DNA from: Anolis carolinensis
Lineage: Eukaryota
Length of the DNA: 64,000 nucleotides
Direction: 5' to 3'
NCBI RefSeq assembly: GCF_035594765.1
Contig: NC_085846.1
Span: 21,563,190-21,627,189, forward strand
Shown here: in pieces, positions 47,650 to 61,059 of the stretch
Position numbering within the stretch: the first letter of the stretch is position 1
Layout: the number at the start of each line of letters is the position of its first letter
The notes under the pieces: model-generated
Seen by the model: only the letters and a program-made list of their open reading frames with translations
Database searches by the model: none
What the model was told of the DNA's origin: nothing
Made by a program: the position numbers and the translations under genes

Positions 47650-48985
47650 TGCTAACCTATGGTGTCCCCATCCAGTGTTTTCTTGGCAAGCATAATTCAG
47701 AAGAGGGTAACTCTTACCTTTGTCTGAGGTGGAGAGTGTGACTTGCCAAACGTGTCATGGCAGAATAGGGATTTGAAGCCTGGTTTCCAGAGCCATAGTC
47801 CAGTACCTAGACCACTACACTGTAATCTTAGACTAAATGATCCAATTATCCATAATATTAAGTTTGATGGGGACAACGAAGGATGCAGAGATTTTCCAGA
47901 ATTTGGTCTAGCTTTCATGCCGCTTGCATTGTCACTCACTTACTCTTCCTCCCCTCACACACACTGCACAAAAATACTTTTGCTTTTTGTTCTTCCTTGC
48001 CTTGCCAGTACATACCAAGGTAAAAGACATCCAGCATTGTGTAGTGGCTGGAGTGCTGGACTACTTGGAAATCCAGGGTTTGAATGCGTTTAGCCATGGA
48101 AAGCCACAGGATGGCCTTGGGAAAGTCATAGAAATCATACTTGGAAGAAACCATGAGGACCATCCAGTCTGATCCCCACCATGCAGGGACACACAAAGTT
48201 CTTAGCAAATTACTATTTACTTAAAGAGATAGTTTTGTTACTTTTTCCAAATTCTGCACTGATAAATGCCAGTTAGGTTCTAAGGAAATTCAACACGTAC
48301 AGCCCTCAGGTCCCTCCCAAGACACTTTGTGATCCAGATATGTTATTTCAAGCAATCCCATGTAACAGCACAGATCACACTTCATTTTGTATCCTGGTTA
48401 GTTTACTAAAATCAAGAGATTTTAATAAATCAGTTCATGATGGGACTGCCACTTTTTCAGGCTAACACAACATCTCTTCTGTGTGATGCAAATTAATCAG
48501 CTGAAGTAATAATATATATGTGTGGATCAGTCATAACCAGATGTAGATACATATATAAAATGTAGAGGTGTAGGAGTTAAGCAGTTCTATGGGATATTAA
48601 GGACCCATGTTTCGAAGGAAAATTGCAAGGCTTTTTTCTCAGCCAATAGCAATAGCAAGACTCATGAGGAAGGCTGAGCAGCCACATAATAATAAACTAT
48701 ATAATTCTGCTTGCTTATGGCTTAACAGCTTTCCTCCATTTGTCCACCAACAATCACATACTTTTCAGTTGAGCTGGGAGCATCACCTCACTCATACAAA
48801 ACAATCTTTATTTACAAATACAGAGTAAACATGAGTGGTCAAATGGAAGGAAGAAAGAGCCCACTGGCCCACTAGTTCACACAACCTCACGTTCGGACAC
48901 ATTGCTTGGCTTAGGAAGGTATCCTATATAGCCAAAGCCGCAGCTGAGCCAATAGGGGAAATGTTGGGTTTGGCCCATCCCAAAA

Positions 48986-51900
48986 TCACTCCAAGTCATT
49001 GAGTAGCTGTAGTTCGAAGACCTGCAGATGTTCCTTAAGCCGCCGCTGTGCATCAGCACCATGTGGCTGCCGTTCCCGCTGCAGCTCACAGATCCGCAGG
49101 CGGAGTCGCTGCTCCCGGCGCCGACAGGCTTGCAGTTGCCGCTGTGCTTTCCCCAAAGCATTGAGCGCAGCTTCTGCCCGTCTTTTCCACAGCAAGGCAC
49201 TACCCACCTGGTAGCTGTGCTCATTCTGGATGTAGGCACCAGCGGGAGGAGGGAGGCGTAGCATGTAGAGAGAAAGGGACACGGGGTGGGATGGATCGCC
49301 CACCGGTTCTGGGAGAGCGGGAGAAGGAGATGCTTCCTCCTGAGCCGTAGCAGCTGGCGACTGTTCTAGGGGAATGGCTGACAAAGTCGCCAAGGGCTCC
49401 GGTTCTGGCTCAGGAAGGATGGGCTGGCTTCGAGGCTCACCACTAGTGGGAGCAGCTCCAGGACTCGGTAGTTCTTGGGCTGGGAAGCAGGAGATATCTG
49501 TGCACAATGGAGCAGGCTCCTCCTCTGGACATGGATTGCAGCTGTGAGAAAGGAAGAGAATCGGGGTCAGGTGGGAAAGCAGTAGGAAAGATCATCTACC
49601 ACAGAAGTAGGTCATGAAAAGGAATTAAGCATTAAGATGCTAAGGACCCACTGAATGCATGTTCTTGCATATACAGCCTTCACAATACCAAGGCTTCAGC
49701 AGGCCAGCTTGGATCATCACATAAAGTGTCACACTTGGACATGGAAAACAGGGAAACTCTCTAGGCAGTATTGTAAAGATTGTAAAGATAAAAAGAGACG
49801 TATTGTAAAGATAAAAAAATAGCAAGGGCTATTGTAAAGATAAAAAGAGACGAAGGTGCGAAAGAGACCAATGGACACTAGTTACAATAAAGGTAAAAGT
49901 TTTCCCCTTGACATTAAGTCTAGTCGTGTCCGACTCTGGGGGTTGTTGCTCATCTCCATTTCTAGGCCGAAGAGCCGGTGTTGTCCGTAGACACCTCCAA
50001 GGTCATGTGGCCGGCATGACTGCATGGAGCACCGTTACCTTCCTGCTGGAGCAGTACCTATAGATCTACTCACATTTGCATTTTTTTCCAACTGCTAGGT
50101 TGGCAGAAGCTGGGGCTATAGCGGGAGCTCACCCAGCTCCCCGGATTTGAATTGCCAACCTTTTGGTCAGCAAGTTCAGCAGCTCAGCGGTTTAATCTGC
50201 TGTGCCACCAGGGGCTCCACTAGTGATAATAGCCATGTCCAAATTTAGTCCATAAACTATAATCCAAGTTCTATTTCTTCCCAGAATTAACTATGCCGAA
50301 GCCTAGTGTCTACCCCTTCTCCCCTTCTCCCACTTCCCAACCTGCTTATTTTGCCATGTTCTTAATTTCATGCTCCATAATAGCATCCTATAATGCTGCT
50401 TGAAAAATGCCTCTATACAAAGTCTAGTATCCCTGATCCAAAAGTCAGCTTAAGAGTGAATTCTTACCTAAGTTCCTCTTAATACGGTGACAATTCCTTC
50501 AGAGAAAACCTCCACAGGATGTAAGATGAGAGTTAGAAGGCCAGTACTCACCTCTGCTTCTGCTGCCGTTTTGCAAGTCTGGAGTTGCTTAGCTTTGATT
50601 TTTGGCGTGGTTTGGCATGAAACTCAAATATAGTAGGAACAGCACCCTCCTTGAGCCGATGGTAACCGCTAGAAGGGAAACAGTGGCATTTATAAGGCAT
50701 GAATGGCTACAGTAGCCTGGCATAATACGAGTGTTATCCAGAAAGTTCATTACGTTTTGGAATTAAAAATAAACGAGGTATAGGAGAAAACATTTACCAT
50801 ATTCAGTTGAAAGCCAGACCCAAATACTAGTTATCACCATAGTCCCCACTGAAATCTAGGTAGTTATCATAGCGATAAAAGTGTTTGAAAAGCCCTCCCC
50901 CCCCCAAGATTCCCGCCTGGCTTGCGTCCTGAACCAGGCTGGCTTCCCTTCCCTCAGCTGTCAAGTGGTGCGCTCAGCTTTCCGCACGATCTTCCTAGAT
51001 CGCTCTTTTGTTTTGCAGATGCTTGCAAGGAAGGTTTTTTGGGACAGGAAAGGTGTGCTTCTTGCAAAACCTTTCAACTGAATATGGTAAATGTTTTCTC
51101 CTATACTTCGTTTATTTTTAATTCCAAAACGTAATGAACATTCTGGATAGCCCTCGTACTTTTTGAATTATGGACCTCTGGGCAGAAAAATGAGTTTCTG
51201 AAAGCGTCAAGATTCTAGAAGCTGTTAGCATCATTTCTGCTTCACAGTATTATCTCTGCAACCCCATGAATCTAAGGGAAACACTCCTGTGTGACTCTAA
51301 ATACTATGATTTATGCTCCCGGCCCCACCAACAAAGCCAAGGAAGTCCATCTTGATATCTCACTACAGCTTTCTCCTTTCCCTCTCACATGCAGATCTGA
51401 CATTGCTTCTACTGTGTCAGTCTGTCATCCAGTATCGTCTACTGTGAACTGTAATGATTCTACAGATATAAAGCAAAGCCAGTCCCTGTGCTCTAACTCC
51501 CTTTTCTCTCACCTCTTCACCACACACAAGTACCAAACTGATTAACCCATGTGTGGTGAGTATCTAGTCACTTTGTAGAGCACAAAAATGTGACACTTCT
51601 AACAACTCAAAGAAAGACACAGCTCCACTGGCTCTTGGAGGTTTTTGTTTTGTTTCATAGTGGGGTGTCTTCCAAGAGTGTTATCATACCTATTATCATA
51701 CCTATTTTGATTAATTCATGCAGTTTTTTTAACTTTAAAATTTTGCAGACTGCTGGGGCTTTCGGAATTGGTGGGGTTCTCAAAGCTTGCACTGAACTTG
51801 CCTGAAGAGTCACATGTGTCCCCTGAACCACATTAATCTCAAGCCAAAATAACCTGTCCTAAATGCCCAGAGATGTTAAATGTAATTTGGATTTGGGAAG

Positions 51901-52802
51901 GGTACTCATCTGATTTTGGAAGCTAAGCACATTAGTACTTAGATGAGGGCCTAGCAAAAACAACTAGGAGCAGCAGGCTAAATTTCAGAAAAAGGCAATA
52001 TCCAAGAAAATCCTATGAAATTCATGAGGCTGCAATTAGTGAACAGGAAACTTGAAAGCATATGCATAGGTACACATATTTTCCTATGATGGCATTTCTC
52101 CGTCACAGAGAAAAAGTAACTGAAAATTGAATAAATGGGAGTCGACCTCTTTGCTTTTCTTCTTCAAGTCATTTTTACTTCTCTTCCCTACAGTTTCTCT
52201 GTATGAAGGCTTCAAAACATAGAAGCTAAGCTACAGTTGGAATCTACTTGCCAGCCACATCACAACCAGCGCCCAATGTACCATCTAAGGTACTGCTGAA
52301 CTGTAACTGCATGCGGCCTTTTGAACTTTGTTCAACCCTTGATGACCTACCTGGTGCCTACCAATTCGAAGCAACTCTTCTCAAAGTGCTTGGAGCAAAA
52401 GTAAACATACTTAGAGGCAGGGTCCCAGAGACCTTGGCCGCTCAAGTCCTTTCTCCGACAGTTCTCCAACCATGTCGCTCGGCGTGGATTGTCCTTCGGT
52501 AGTCTGTGAGAAGACATACAGAGTGGAACTGAGTTAGCCTGGGAGACAGCATGCAACACAATCCCCGGCTCATCTTTGGAGTGCAGTTCCCATCCTGTCA
52601 CTGACAGCTGGGCTGATAAATTCCCTGCAATAACGGAAAAAGATTCAATCCAGCCTGCGCTCAATTCAACATGGTCATTGAATGGGAGGCTGGGAAGGGG
52701 CCCAAGTGGGATGAGCTCTCACCGATGGAAGGAAATGCCTCGGTTACGTGTCTCAGGTGTGTCACGGGTGCAGCAGCCAGTCGCAGAGCAGTGACGGGGC
52801 AT
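48986..52802 (-). CDS. THAP7: THAP domain-containing protein 7, 301 aa
   Basis: Exons 52802-52723 (80), 52503-52351 (153), 50668-50552 (117), 49541-48986 (556), canonical splice sites, total 906 nt. [45 protein letters not shown] (C2CH THAP domain plus AVPTIF box), then [21 protein letters not shown] (EHSY HCF-1-binding motif and coiled coil) matching THAP7. AATAAA on - at 48807-48812. Confidence 0.97.
49889..50218 (-). mobile_element. Sauria SINE (THAP7 intron 3)
   Basis: Full-length reverse-complement copy. Confidence 0.88.
50728..51156. mobile_element. Mariner-type MITE with ~85-bp TIRs
   Basis: TA|CGAGTGTTATCCAGAAAG..CAGTTGAAAG and CTTTCAACTG..TTCTGGATAGCCCTCG|TA. Confidence 0.88.
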
Positions 52803-53339
52803 CTGAAAGTAGTAAAAAAAACATATTTACAGTGCACACTCTCTTGGACAGATTATACAAATGACAGAATATTTTATTTAAATGTTGCATTAAAAGAAAA
52901 GATGAATAGCGTATACATAAGCCACAAAAACTGGGTTGTGTATATTAAGAATGCCTCAAAATTGTACACTTTAAGTAAACAGTGTTTACAGAAACCAAGT
53001 TCTATAATCTGGTTACATTATAATAACCTGCATAGTTTGCTGGGCTTGCACATTTTTGAACCTAGTTAAAAGATTACGCAAGGAGCTATGCAGGTCAATG
53101 AGGTGTCATCCCATAACATTACAATTGGTGATGTTGCCCACTTATTTAGCCATGCAGTCTCACCAAAACTGCACCAAATAACTGTTGTAGACAGTTATTT
53201 AGACGCCCCCCTTCTGATGGTATTGACTGCACTGATTTGGAAAACACAGGAATACAGTAGAAGGGAAAGGCAGAATCATTGTGGACCGTACCAAAGGAAA
53301 AGGTAATGGGGACCCCCTATGGTTGGTATGAGCCAATCC

Positions 53340-53800
53340 AAGGTGCCCAAAAGGCGTAGGGGGCGGGGCTAAACGAGACCCCGCCCCCTAGAGCTCTCTC
53401 GGTAACTGCCCTTCCCCCTTCCTCTCTCCCTCCCTCCGGAATCTCCGCTGAGAGGACAAAGCCCCCATGGGCCTGAGAGGGCACCTCAGCGCCCGCCTTG
53501 GGAAGGAGCGGAGGGCGGGCAACCCCTCAGCGGATGCGCCCCAGAGAATCTGTGTTTTTTTCCTTCCTCACCTCCCCACTCCCATTGCTCGGAGCACCGC
53601 CGGCGCGGCTCTTCCAGTCTGACGGGGAGGGGGGGAGGAAATCGCGCTTTCTCTCGCGAGAAGTGACGGCAAGCGAGACCTAGGAGGATAGAAATGCATA
53701 GAATGTCAAGGTTCACCCAAGCGAGCATGCGTGGTGTAGTGGTTAGAGCGCGGGGCAGCGAACTCGGAAGCCGAGAGTTCGAATCCTGCCTGGAACCCTC
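53340..53800 (-). promoter_or_regulatory. CpG island / probable THAP7 promoter and non-coding first exon
   Basis: CpG-rich; GC box GGGGCGGGGC ~53360; palindrome TCTCGCGAGA at 53652-53661; ETS-type CCGGAAGT at 54008-54015; the THAP7 ATG directly follows a splice acceptor, so a 5' UTR exon must exist upstream. Confidence 0.75.
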
Positions 53801-54564
53801 TCTGAAGAAAACCTCAAAAGGTCATGAAGCCACAATAACACAAGAATCCCATAGACTGTAAGTGATGGGCGGAGAAGGATAACTTTTCCTCGTGCTATTG
53901 AACGGCTGGTATGATGAGTGTTTGCAGTCCAACAGGAACAGAAGGCGCTTGTGACTGAGTTAACAGGCAATAACAAAGGCAGGAACACTAGGTGTGTCCA
54001 CGTAGTGCCGGAAGTTTAGGGCTGTGTGTCACTCATTCATACCTCTACGGAGCTAAGTCCCGGTTGCTTAGCAACCACTCTCTCTTCCCCTCCCTTCTCA
54101 TTGCTTGATGGTAGCGTTCAGACCTTCCCCTCTTTCTGATCCAGAATGGAACAGGCCTTTCTGAGTATTTTCCCCCATATGGGGTCGCCTTAAATCGACA
54201 GGAGATCCAGACACAAGGCCTGGTCTTGGCAAGAGCAGGAGGAAAGATGGGCACCATGGTCTGTCCCTCCCAGAACCCCACAACTATACTATGCAATAGG
54301 AGAATATTGTCATCGAAACACAATATGGCAGAGATGCTTGCCATTTGCTCCTTTCAGATAATATTTGAAGTATTTGAATATTTAAGGGACTCACAAAGTA
54401 CATTCAAAACTCTTACAAGATCCTAAAAGCCTATTCTGCATTATTTCCTTATTTTCAAAAATACTAATATAAGTAACACATTCAAAAAGACACTAAAATG
54501 AAAAGTATAGAAAATTAAATAGAAAAATCTGGGGTCTTTTTTGGGGGGGGGGAATATAATTTTA

Positions 54565-54878
54565 GGAGCCCCCGGAGGAGCAGCGGGTTAAACTGCTGAT
54601 CTGATGAACTGAGCTGCTGTTCGAATCCGGGGAGCGGGGTGAGCTCCTGCTGTTAGCCCCAGCGTCTGCCAACCTAGCAGTTTGAAAACATGCAAATGTG
54701 AGTAGATAAATAGGTACTGCTCTTGCGGAAGGCAACGGCACTCCATGCAGTCATGCCAGCCACATGACCTTGGAGACGTTTATGGACAACGCCGACTCTT
54801 CGGCTTAGAAAGCACCCCCCCCCCCCCCAAGAGTCAGATACAACTAGAATTAACGTCAAGGGAAAACCTTTACCTTTT
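54565..54878 (+). mobile_element. Sauria SINE
   Basis: Head, body, tail; flanked by AATATAATTTTAGG direct repeat. Confidence 0.85.
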
Positions 54879-55574
54879 CAATATAATTTTAGGCTTTCCA
54901 AAGTGATACATAAGTCTAATGAATAAAAAAAATTAACTGATAAAAATATAGAAAATCAAATAGATATTTGTGTGTGGGGGTATATATAATTTTTATTACA
55001 TTTTCCAAAGTGCTGCATAAATCCAATGAATTAAAATAAAAATTATATTAATAAAAAATGGGGGGATCCCAAATTTTGGAATATGACATTTATAATCTTT
55101 TGGAGAAGCTTACTTTGAAGATCATAACTTTTAAGAAAAGCATGACCTTTCAAAGAAGAGTCAAAAACCCTTTAGACTAGAATCTTCTCTTGTGGTATAC
55201 GACCAGATATAATTATGTTAGGCAATGGTTTCAGTTGTTAGACTGAATAACCTGCTATCTCTCATCTGTTAGGAAAACAGAGATTGGCCAGTGTATAAAA
55301 ACAGCAGTGCTTCAGAAGAGTTTTTCAGTGCTCAAAATATATACTCTCCCATAAAACAACTTGTTTCATATAATGCACTCAAGAGACAAAAATGAAGTAG
55401 ACTTTAAGAAAAATAACATATTTGGTTTACTCACAACCTTCATGTGTTCCGCATACACAGGTACAAAAACTTATTCTTCCAGTTCCAAATATCTTTGAAA
55501 ATGTTCCCTGTGCCAGGCGGCCAGGGCATCTCTCTTGTAACAAAATAGCTGTCAACATGTCACATAGTCAAAAG

Positions 55575-55609
<35 letters not shown>

Positions 55610-55910
55610 TGAGAGAGAAAGCATGTGGTCTGCAGCCCTTTTTGTGACTTCTCAAGAACCATAGAGTAAAGGAAGCTGCATACCAGAACATACATACAGG
55701 AAACAATAAGCAACAGGATCATACATAAACATTATTAGAGAAGGCTTGAAGAAGATTGTCATTTCCACCAAATACCCCCAAATCCAAAATTTTCCACAGG
55801 ATTGTCTGAGATAGTGACTTATTTGCTTTCTGATTTGCTTTCTTACTGTGTCTCATGCACAAAATTATTAAAAAATATTGTATAAAATTACTTTCAGGTA
55901 AGGTGTACAA

Positions 55911-56238
55911 AGGGGCCCCTGGTGGCACAGTGTGTTAAAGCGCTGAGCTGCAGAACTTGTGGATCAAAAGATGCCAGGTTCAAATCCCAGGAGCGGAATG
56001 AGCACTCGCTGTTAGCCCCAGCTCCTGCCAACCTAGCAGTTCGAAAACATGCCAATGTGAGTAGATAATAGGTACCGCTCAGGAAAGAAGGTAATGGTGC
56101 TCCATGCAGTCATGCCACCCACATGACCTTGGAGATGTCTATGGACAACGCCAGCTCTTCGGCCTAGAAATGGAGATGAGCACCAACTCTCAGAGTCGGT
56201 CACGACTGGACTTAACGTCAGGGGAAACCTTTACCTTT
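55911..56238 (+). mobile_element. Sauria SINE inserted in a MER46C-like MITE
   Basis: Full SINE; TAAGGTGTA repeated on both sides. Confidence 0.85.
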
Positions 56239-56814
56239 TAAGGTGTATATGAAGCCTAAATGAATCTCATGTTTAGACCTGAGTGCCATCTCTATTAGGT
56301 ATATATTTGCAGATATTCTAAAATTGGGAAGACAAAAAAAATTCAAAACACTTTTGGTCCCAAGCTTTTCAAATCAGGGATATTCAACTTATGGTGTGAT
56401 TGAAATCGATTTCAAAACCCAGAAAGCAGAAGGCAAGACTTTGCTGCCAGATCTAATGGTTTAAAATGGTGGTGTTCATGGTCACAACTTGTGCTAGGCT
56501 ACAACTAATCCTCAAGTATCTACACTTTTTCTAAATCAGTCTGGACATCATCCAAATGGAAAGGATGAAATGCCTGAGATTAAAAAAGAAGTTGCATGTT
56601 GTCCTTACATTGTATTTACTTATGGAACATCTCAGCATTACTATATTTCTAGAAGTTTGATTTTAATTGACTGATGTTAATCCTTTAGCAGCTGGAAATA
56701 TCTATTTCTTCTAGATTTCTTCTAGTTAGTTTATTTCTGCTATTCCAATAATTTCCCCAAAGTTGGTAGATCCTCTCTAATTTGTTTGAACTTGGCTGTC
56801 CTCTTTTTTCACAG

Positions 56815-57420
56815 ATATGGACAAATGTGACAAACGCCCAGAAGATCAGTATCCAAATATGACAAATCACAGTTCATTCCAAATACTTATTGGCTTTTAA
56901 AGATTCTTTGGGGATCTGTTTAGCCTCTTGTGCTTTCTCTCTCTCTCTCTCTGCTCAATGTGTTGGTCAGCTCCATAAATATATGAAGACACACCAATTC
57001 TCAAAGCCAGCAACAACATCTCAGTTGCATCCTTATCTCCCTCCTGCTTTGCTTTCTCTGCTCCTTGCTTTTCCTCATTCAACCAGCAGATGTGGCCTGC
57101 CTTCTCCAACAAATCATTTTAGGTGCCATTTTCACAGTGACAGTTTCTTATGTGTTGGCCAAAACACACCATATGTTTATGGCTTCTGCACCTGACTCCA
57201 AGATGCAGAGACGGTTGGGGGAAATGGTGGCTAGTTTCATTGTGTTTGGGTCTCCCTTGTTCCAGTCTATATGAGCACAAAGGGCAAATATGTGGTGGCT
57301 GTTGAGATTTTCTCTATCTTGGCTTCCGGTGCTGGCTTACTGATTTGCATCTTTGCCCTTAAATGCTACATTATTGCATTCAGACCTATTCTGAACAGCA
57401 AAATGCAATTCAATTGCTGA
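56815..57420 (+). pseudogene. Vomeronasal type-2 receptor (V2R, class C GPCR) terminal 7TM exon, pseudogenised
   Basis: After acceptor ttttttcacag: DMDKCDKRPEDQYPN / AFKDSLGICLAS / EDTPILKASN / SLLLCFLCSLLFLIQP..CLLQQI..VSYVLAKT..FMASAPDSKM / [37 protein letters not shown], spread over several frames with stops and a large internal deletion. Confidence 0.88.
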
Positions 57421-60199
57421 AGAAGAAACACAAATGTATCTAGTATAATTATTTTATGTCACATAAGAAAATAAGGACATTTATTGCAGTTCCTATTTAG
57501 TAGTCACTGACTAATAACATGGATCTCTTTCGTTTTAGTTTACCTGAGCGCAAAAGGAAAATACAGGGTTTCTCCATCCAGGGGTGCAGCTATATTTTAG
57601 AATGAATATAGTTTGACACCACTTTAATTGCCATAGCCCAATGCTATGGAAGCCTGGAAGTTGGAGATTTACAAGATCTTAAGTCTTCTCTGTCAAAAAG
57701 TGCTGGTATTTCACCAAACTACAACTCCAAAGATTTCATAGCATTCAGCGATGGCAGTTAGAGTGTGGCATCGAACTGCATTAATTGCACAGTGTAGATG
57801 TACCCATGGGTTCCTATGCTTCTTTACTTGATTCCATTTGGCTCTAAAAACTATTATTCTGTTTTACCCTAATCTGAATAAAAAGAAGCCATTCATATAA
57901 AGTAAATGCTGAAATATCCAAGTACTTGTGTTTTCTGACACACCAGGGCTTGTTTAATAGTTAATTTGTTTCTAATTGCAGCCTTTCATAATGTGATATA
58001 TGGTATATTAATTGGTTTATATTTGATTTCTGTAATACTGTATTCATTTTGCTGGCAGTCTCTTAAATATGATATGCTTTTTTCCTCATTCTTTCAGATG
58101 TAGAATGTCTTTGGATCACCATTTTCAACTGAATATGGCCTGGGGAAGATTTAGTTGATTAGCCCTTTAAAATAGCATATGGCTCAGATTCTGTAATTGC
58201 TCAGATAATTTTGTTACAAAGGAATCTGTCATAACCTTAATCTCAGCCACTAAATCAAGGGTAGGAAAAGTGCAGACTATGGGCCATATTTAGTTTTTTT
58301 TTATACCTGTTTACCTTGCATCCCACCTTGAGTCTTATGTTAACATAACCCAATATACTTGTTAATATGTAATATGTTCAACATGTATACATTTCTAAAT
58401 ATATGTCACTACCTGTAAGATCATGCAAAGGAAGGGAATATTCAGAAAAGAAAAGAAAAAGTAAACATAACAAAATCAATTTTATTAGGAAATACAGTAT
58501 TCAGTAACAATTATTTTCACACTCAATCTCTTCAAATGAGATCTGTAAATAAAAACTAGAATTATGAATTACAGTTCCATAATTTTGAACTCCAAGATAT
58601 TTGGATATTTTGAAGTCAGTGTTAATATCTTGGCATAAAATAATTTAGTTCATTTCCTTGTATTGCAAACTTCCATCAGGACACATAGGAAATTTACACA
58701 ATGAACTTTTAAGTGAGGAAATGTAGCCAGAAAACCATATTGGGAGGGACGGGACATTCAGCATACTGTAAAACAAACCAGAGAACTGACATTGCAAATC
58801 CAAGTATTTGATTTAGCTATGTGTCATAAAATAATAGAACTGGACAGTGAAATGACTATTCAAATCTTCAGAATAACAACAATAAAAATGTAGGGACCTG
58901 CACCCACATACCCAAATGGTCACAACCATGATGGGAAAACAGAACAAAAAAGGTCAAATCAAGCTGGTACACATATAAAAAGCTGTTTTAATACTATTAA
59001 GCAGCTCTTAACAACACAAGGCAGCTGCCTTTGTCAAGTGAAAATCGCCCATTTACTCATTCAAACACATGCAAATATCCATTTTCTCTCTGGCAAGAAA
59101 AGGAAAACCCTCAGTTGATGGCTCCCCCTGCTTCCCCATCTTCCAAAATCTTGACTCAGCCATGAAGGTCTGAAGATAGTTTAGGGACAAGTCATTGAAA
59201 TTCCATGGAAATACCCAGAAGTGGAAATTGAAGTGGGGAATTCAATTGTGGGGTGAGCTCTGCTTCTCTTCTGCCTTTTGTGTTACCAAGTACACACAAA
59301 TACACAAGCCTACCCTTCTTCCAGCACCTTATATAGATATATCATTAAATATTATCTGTACACTTCAGCTATTAGCAAAACAACACTGGTGCCGTATTTG
59401 CTTTGTTTGACTATTCAAAAATCAGCACAAGGGGAAGGGGGGGAGGAAGGCGGATTTGTGATTTAGGATATTTTCACATCATACTATAATGGTGCTATAT
59501 GCAGCTTTAATTGCCATGGAACCTTGGAATTTATAGTTTGCTCAGACATTAGACCTCTCTGGTTGAGAATTGCAAATAGCCTACCCTAGAGTATAGATTA
59601 CAGGATATGACAGGATGTTGCAACCATACAACACAGTTGCAGTACTATGATTCTGCTTTAACTACCGCTAAGTGAAATTAGAGTACTGTAACTGGGTTGT
59701 GTGTAAGGGACCTCACCGAAGGGCCAGCCAATGCTTAACTCTAAGATGGGAGGTGGAAATCTTCATGGTTGATACAAGTACCCGCCATACAGTTCTGAAT
59801 CCTAGCTTCTGATGATATCCCTAACATTCACTGAATAGGTTTCATTTCAACAGGCTGGCCATGGTAGAGCCAATTCTACATTGCATAAGTGGGAAAATAA
59901 GTGAATTAAAGGATAGATTTGGGACAGCATCAGGAGAAGAAGAAGAAAAGCAACAGTAAGAGGAGAGCAGGAGAGCAGGAGAGTTTAAGAGAGCTAACAT
60001 GGAAGTGTCAATGAACACAATTAAAGACCATTCACATTACTGTGATGTCCACTTGTGTTGCACTCAGTGTCTTCCTCCTTGCAGTGTACAGTTGACACAC
60101 AATGTTAAGTGTTCACATTTCCATTGATTTGCAATGGCATCAAAAGTCTTCTTTGTGATTGCATGTTTGCAGTTTCAAGTGTTCAAGCAACCAATTGAT

Positions 60200-60345
60200 A
60201 TGTTGTCAAAGGCTTTCATGGCTGAAATTACTGGGTTGCTGTGAGATTTCTGGGATGTATAGCCATGTTCCAGAAGCATGCTCTCCTTAAGATAGAATGC
60301 TTTTGGAACTTGGTCATACAGCCCAGAAAACTCACAGCAACCCAG
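60200..60345. mobile_element. Inverted Penelope terminal-repeat fragments
   Basis: Two arms homologous to 45125-45205 in opposite orientation. Confidence 0.65.
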
Positions 60346-60541
60346 CCAATAGATATCTGAGCACTGATACCATCATTGCACAGTGGGCAGAATGAGATCT
60401 TCAAACACAGCAGGGATGACTTTCCACATTTTGAACTGTGGCATTAAATATTACTATTACTATTGCTACATATTGCTATTTAATTACAGGTTGAGCATAT
60501 AATTTATCTGGTATTCCAAAATCTGAAATACTCCAACATTG

Positions 60542-60766
60542 NNNNNNNNNNNNNNNNNNNNNNNNNNNNNNNNNNNNNNNNNNNNNNNNNNNNNNNNNNN
60601 NNNNNNNNNNNNNNNNNNNNNNNNNNNNNNNNNNNNNNNNNNNNNNNNNNNNNNNNNNNNNNNNNNNNNNNNNNNNNNNNNNNNNNNNNNNNNNNNNNNN
60701 NNNNNNNNNNNNNNNNNNNNNNNNNNNNNNNNNNNNNNNNNNNNNNNNNNNNNNNNNNNNNNNNNN
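60542..60766. other. Assembly gap
   Basis: Run of N. Confidence 1.
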
Positions 60767-61059
60767 ATCTCAGGCATTTCAAATAAGCAATATTCAATAT
60801 GTAGTAGCAAGTACATATTCCTATTTAAATATACAAACAAATCCAGAATTCCAGATAGTCTAACTATACCTAAACGTTGTCTTTAAATTCTCCTGAAAGA
60901 AAAAGTAAATGTCCACATGGAGGCAAGACTGAGCACCCATCTACACTGCCATGTAAAATGCAGATTATGAGTCTACATATATGGCAATGTAGACTCATAT
61001 AATCCACTTCAAAGAAGATAATCTGGATTTGATATGGCAGTGTAGATGGGGCCTGAGAA

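Noticed and set aside
53724-53797. tRNA gene
   Set aside because: A/B boxes are present but the acceptor, D and anticodon stems do not pair; better explained as a SINE head.
56415-56455. Possible V2R cysteine-rich exon remnant (KAEGK..CC)
   Set aside because: Too short and needs a frameshift; not supportable.
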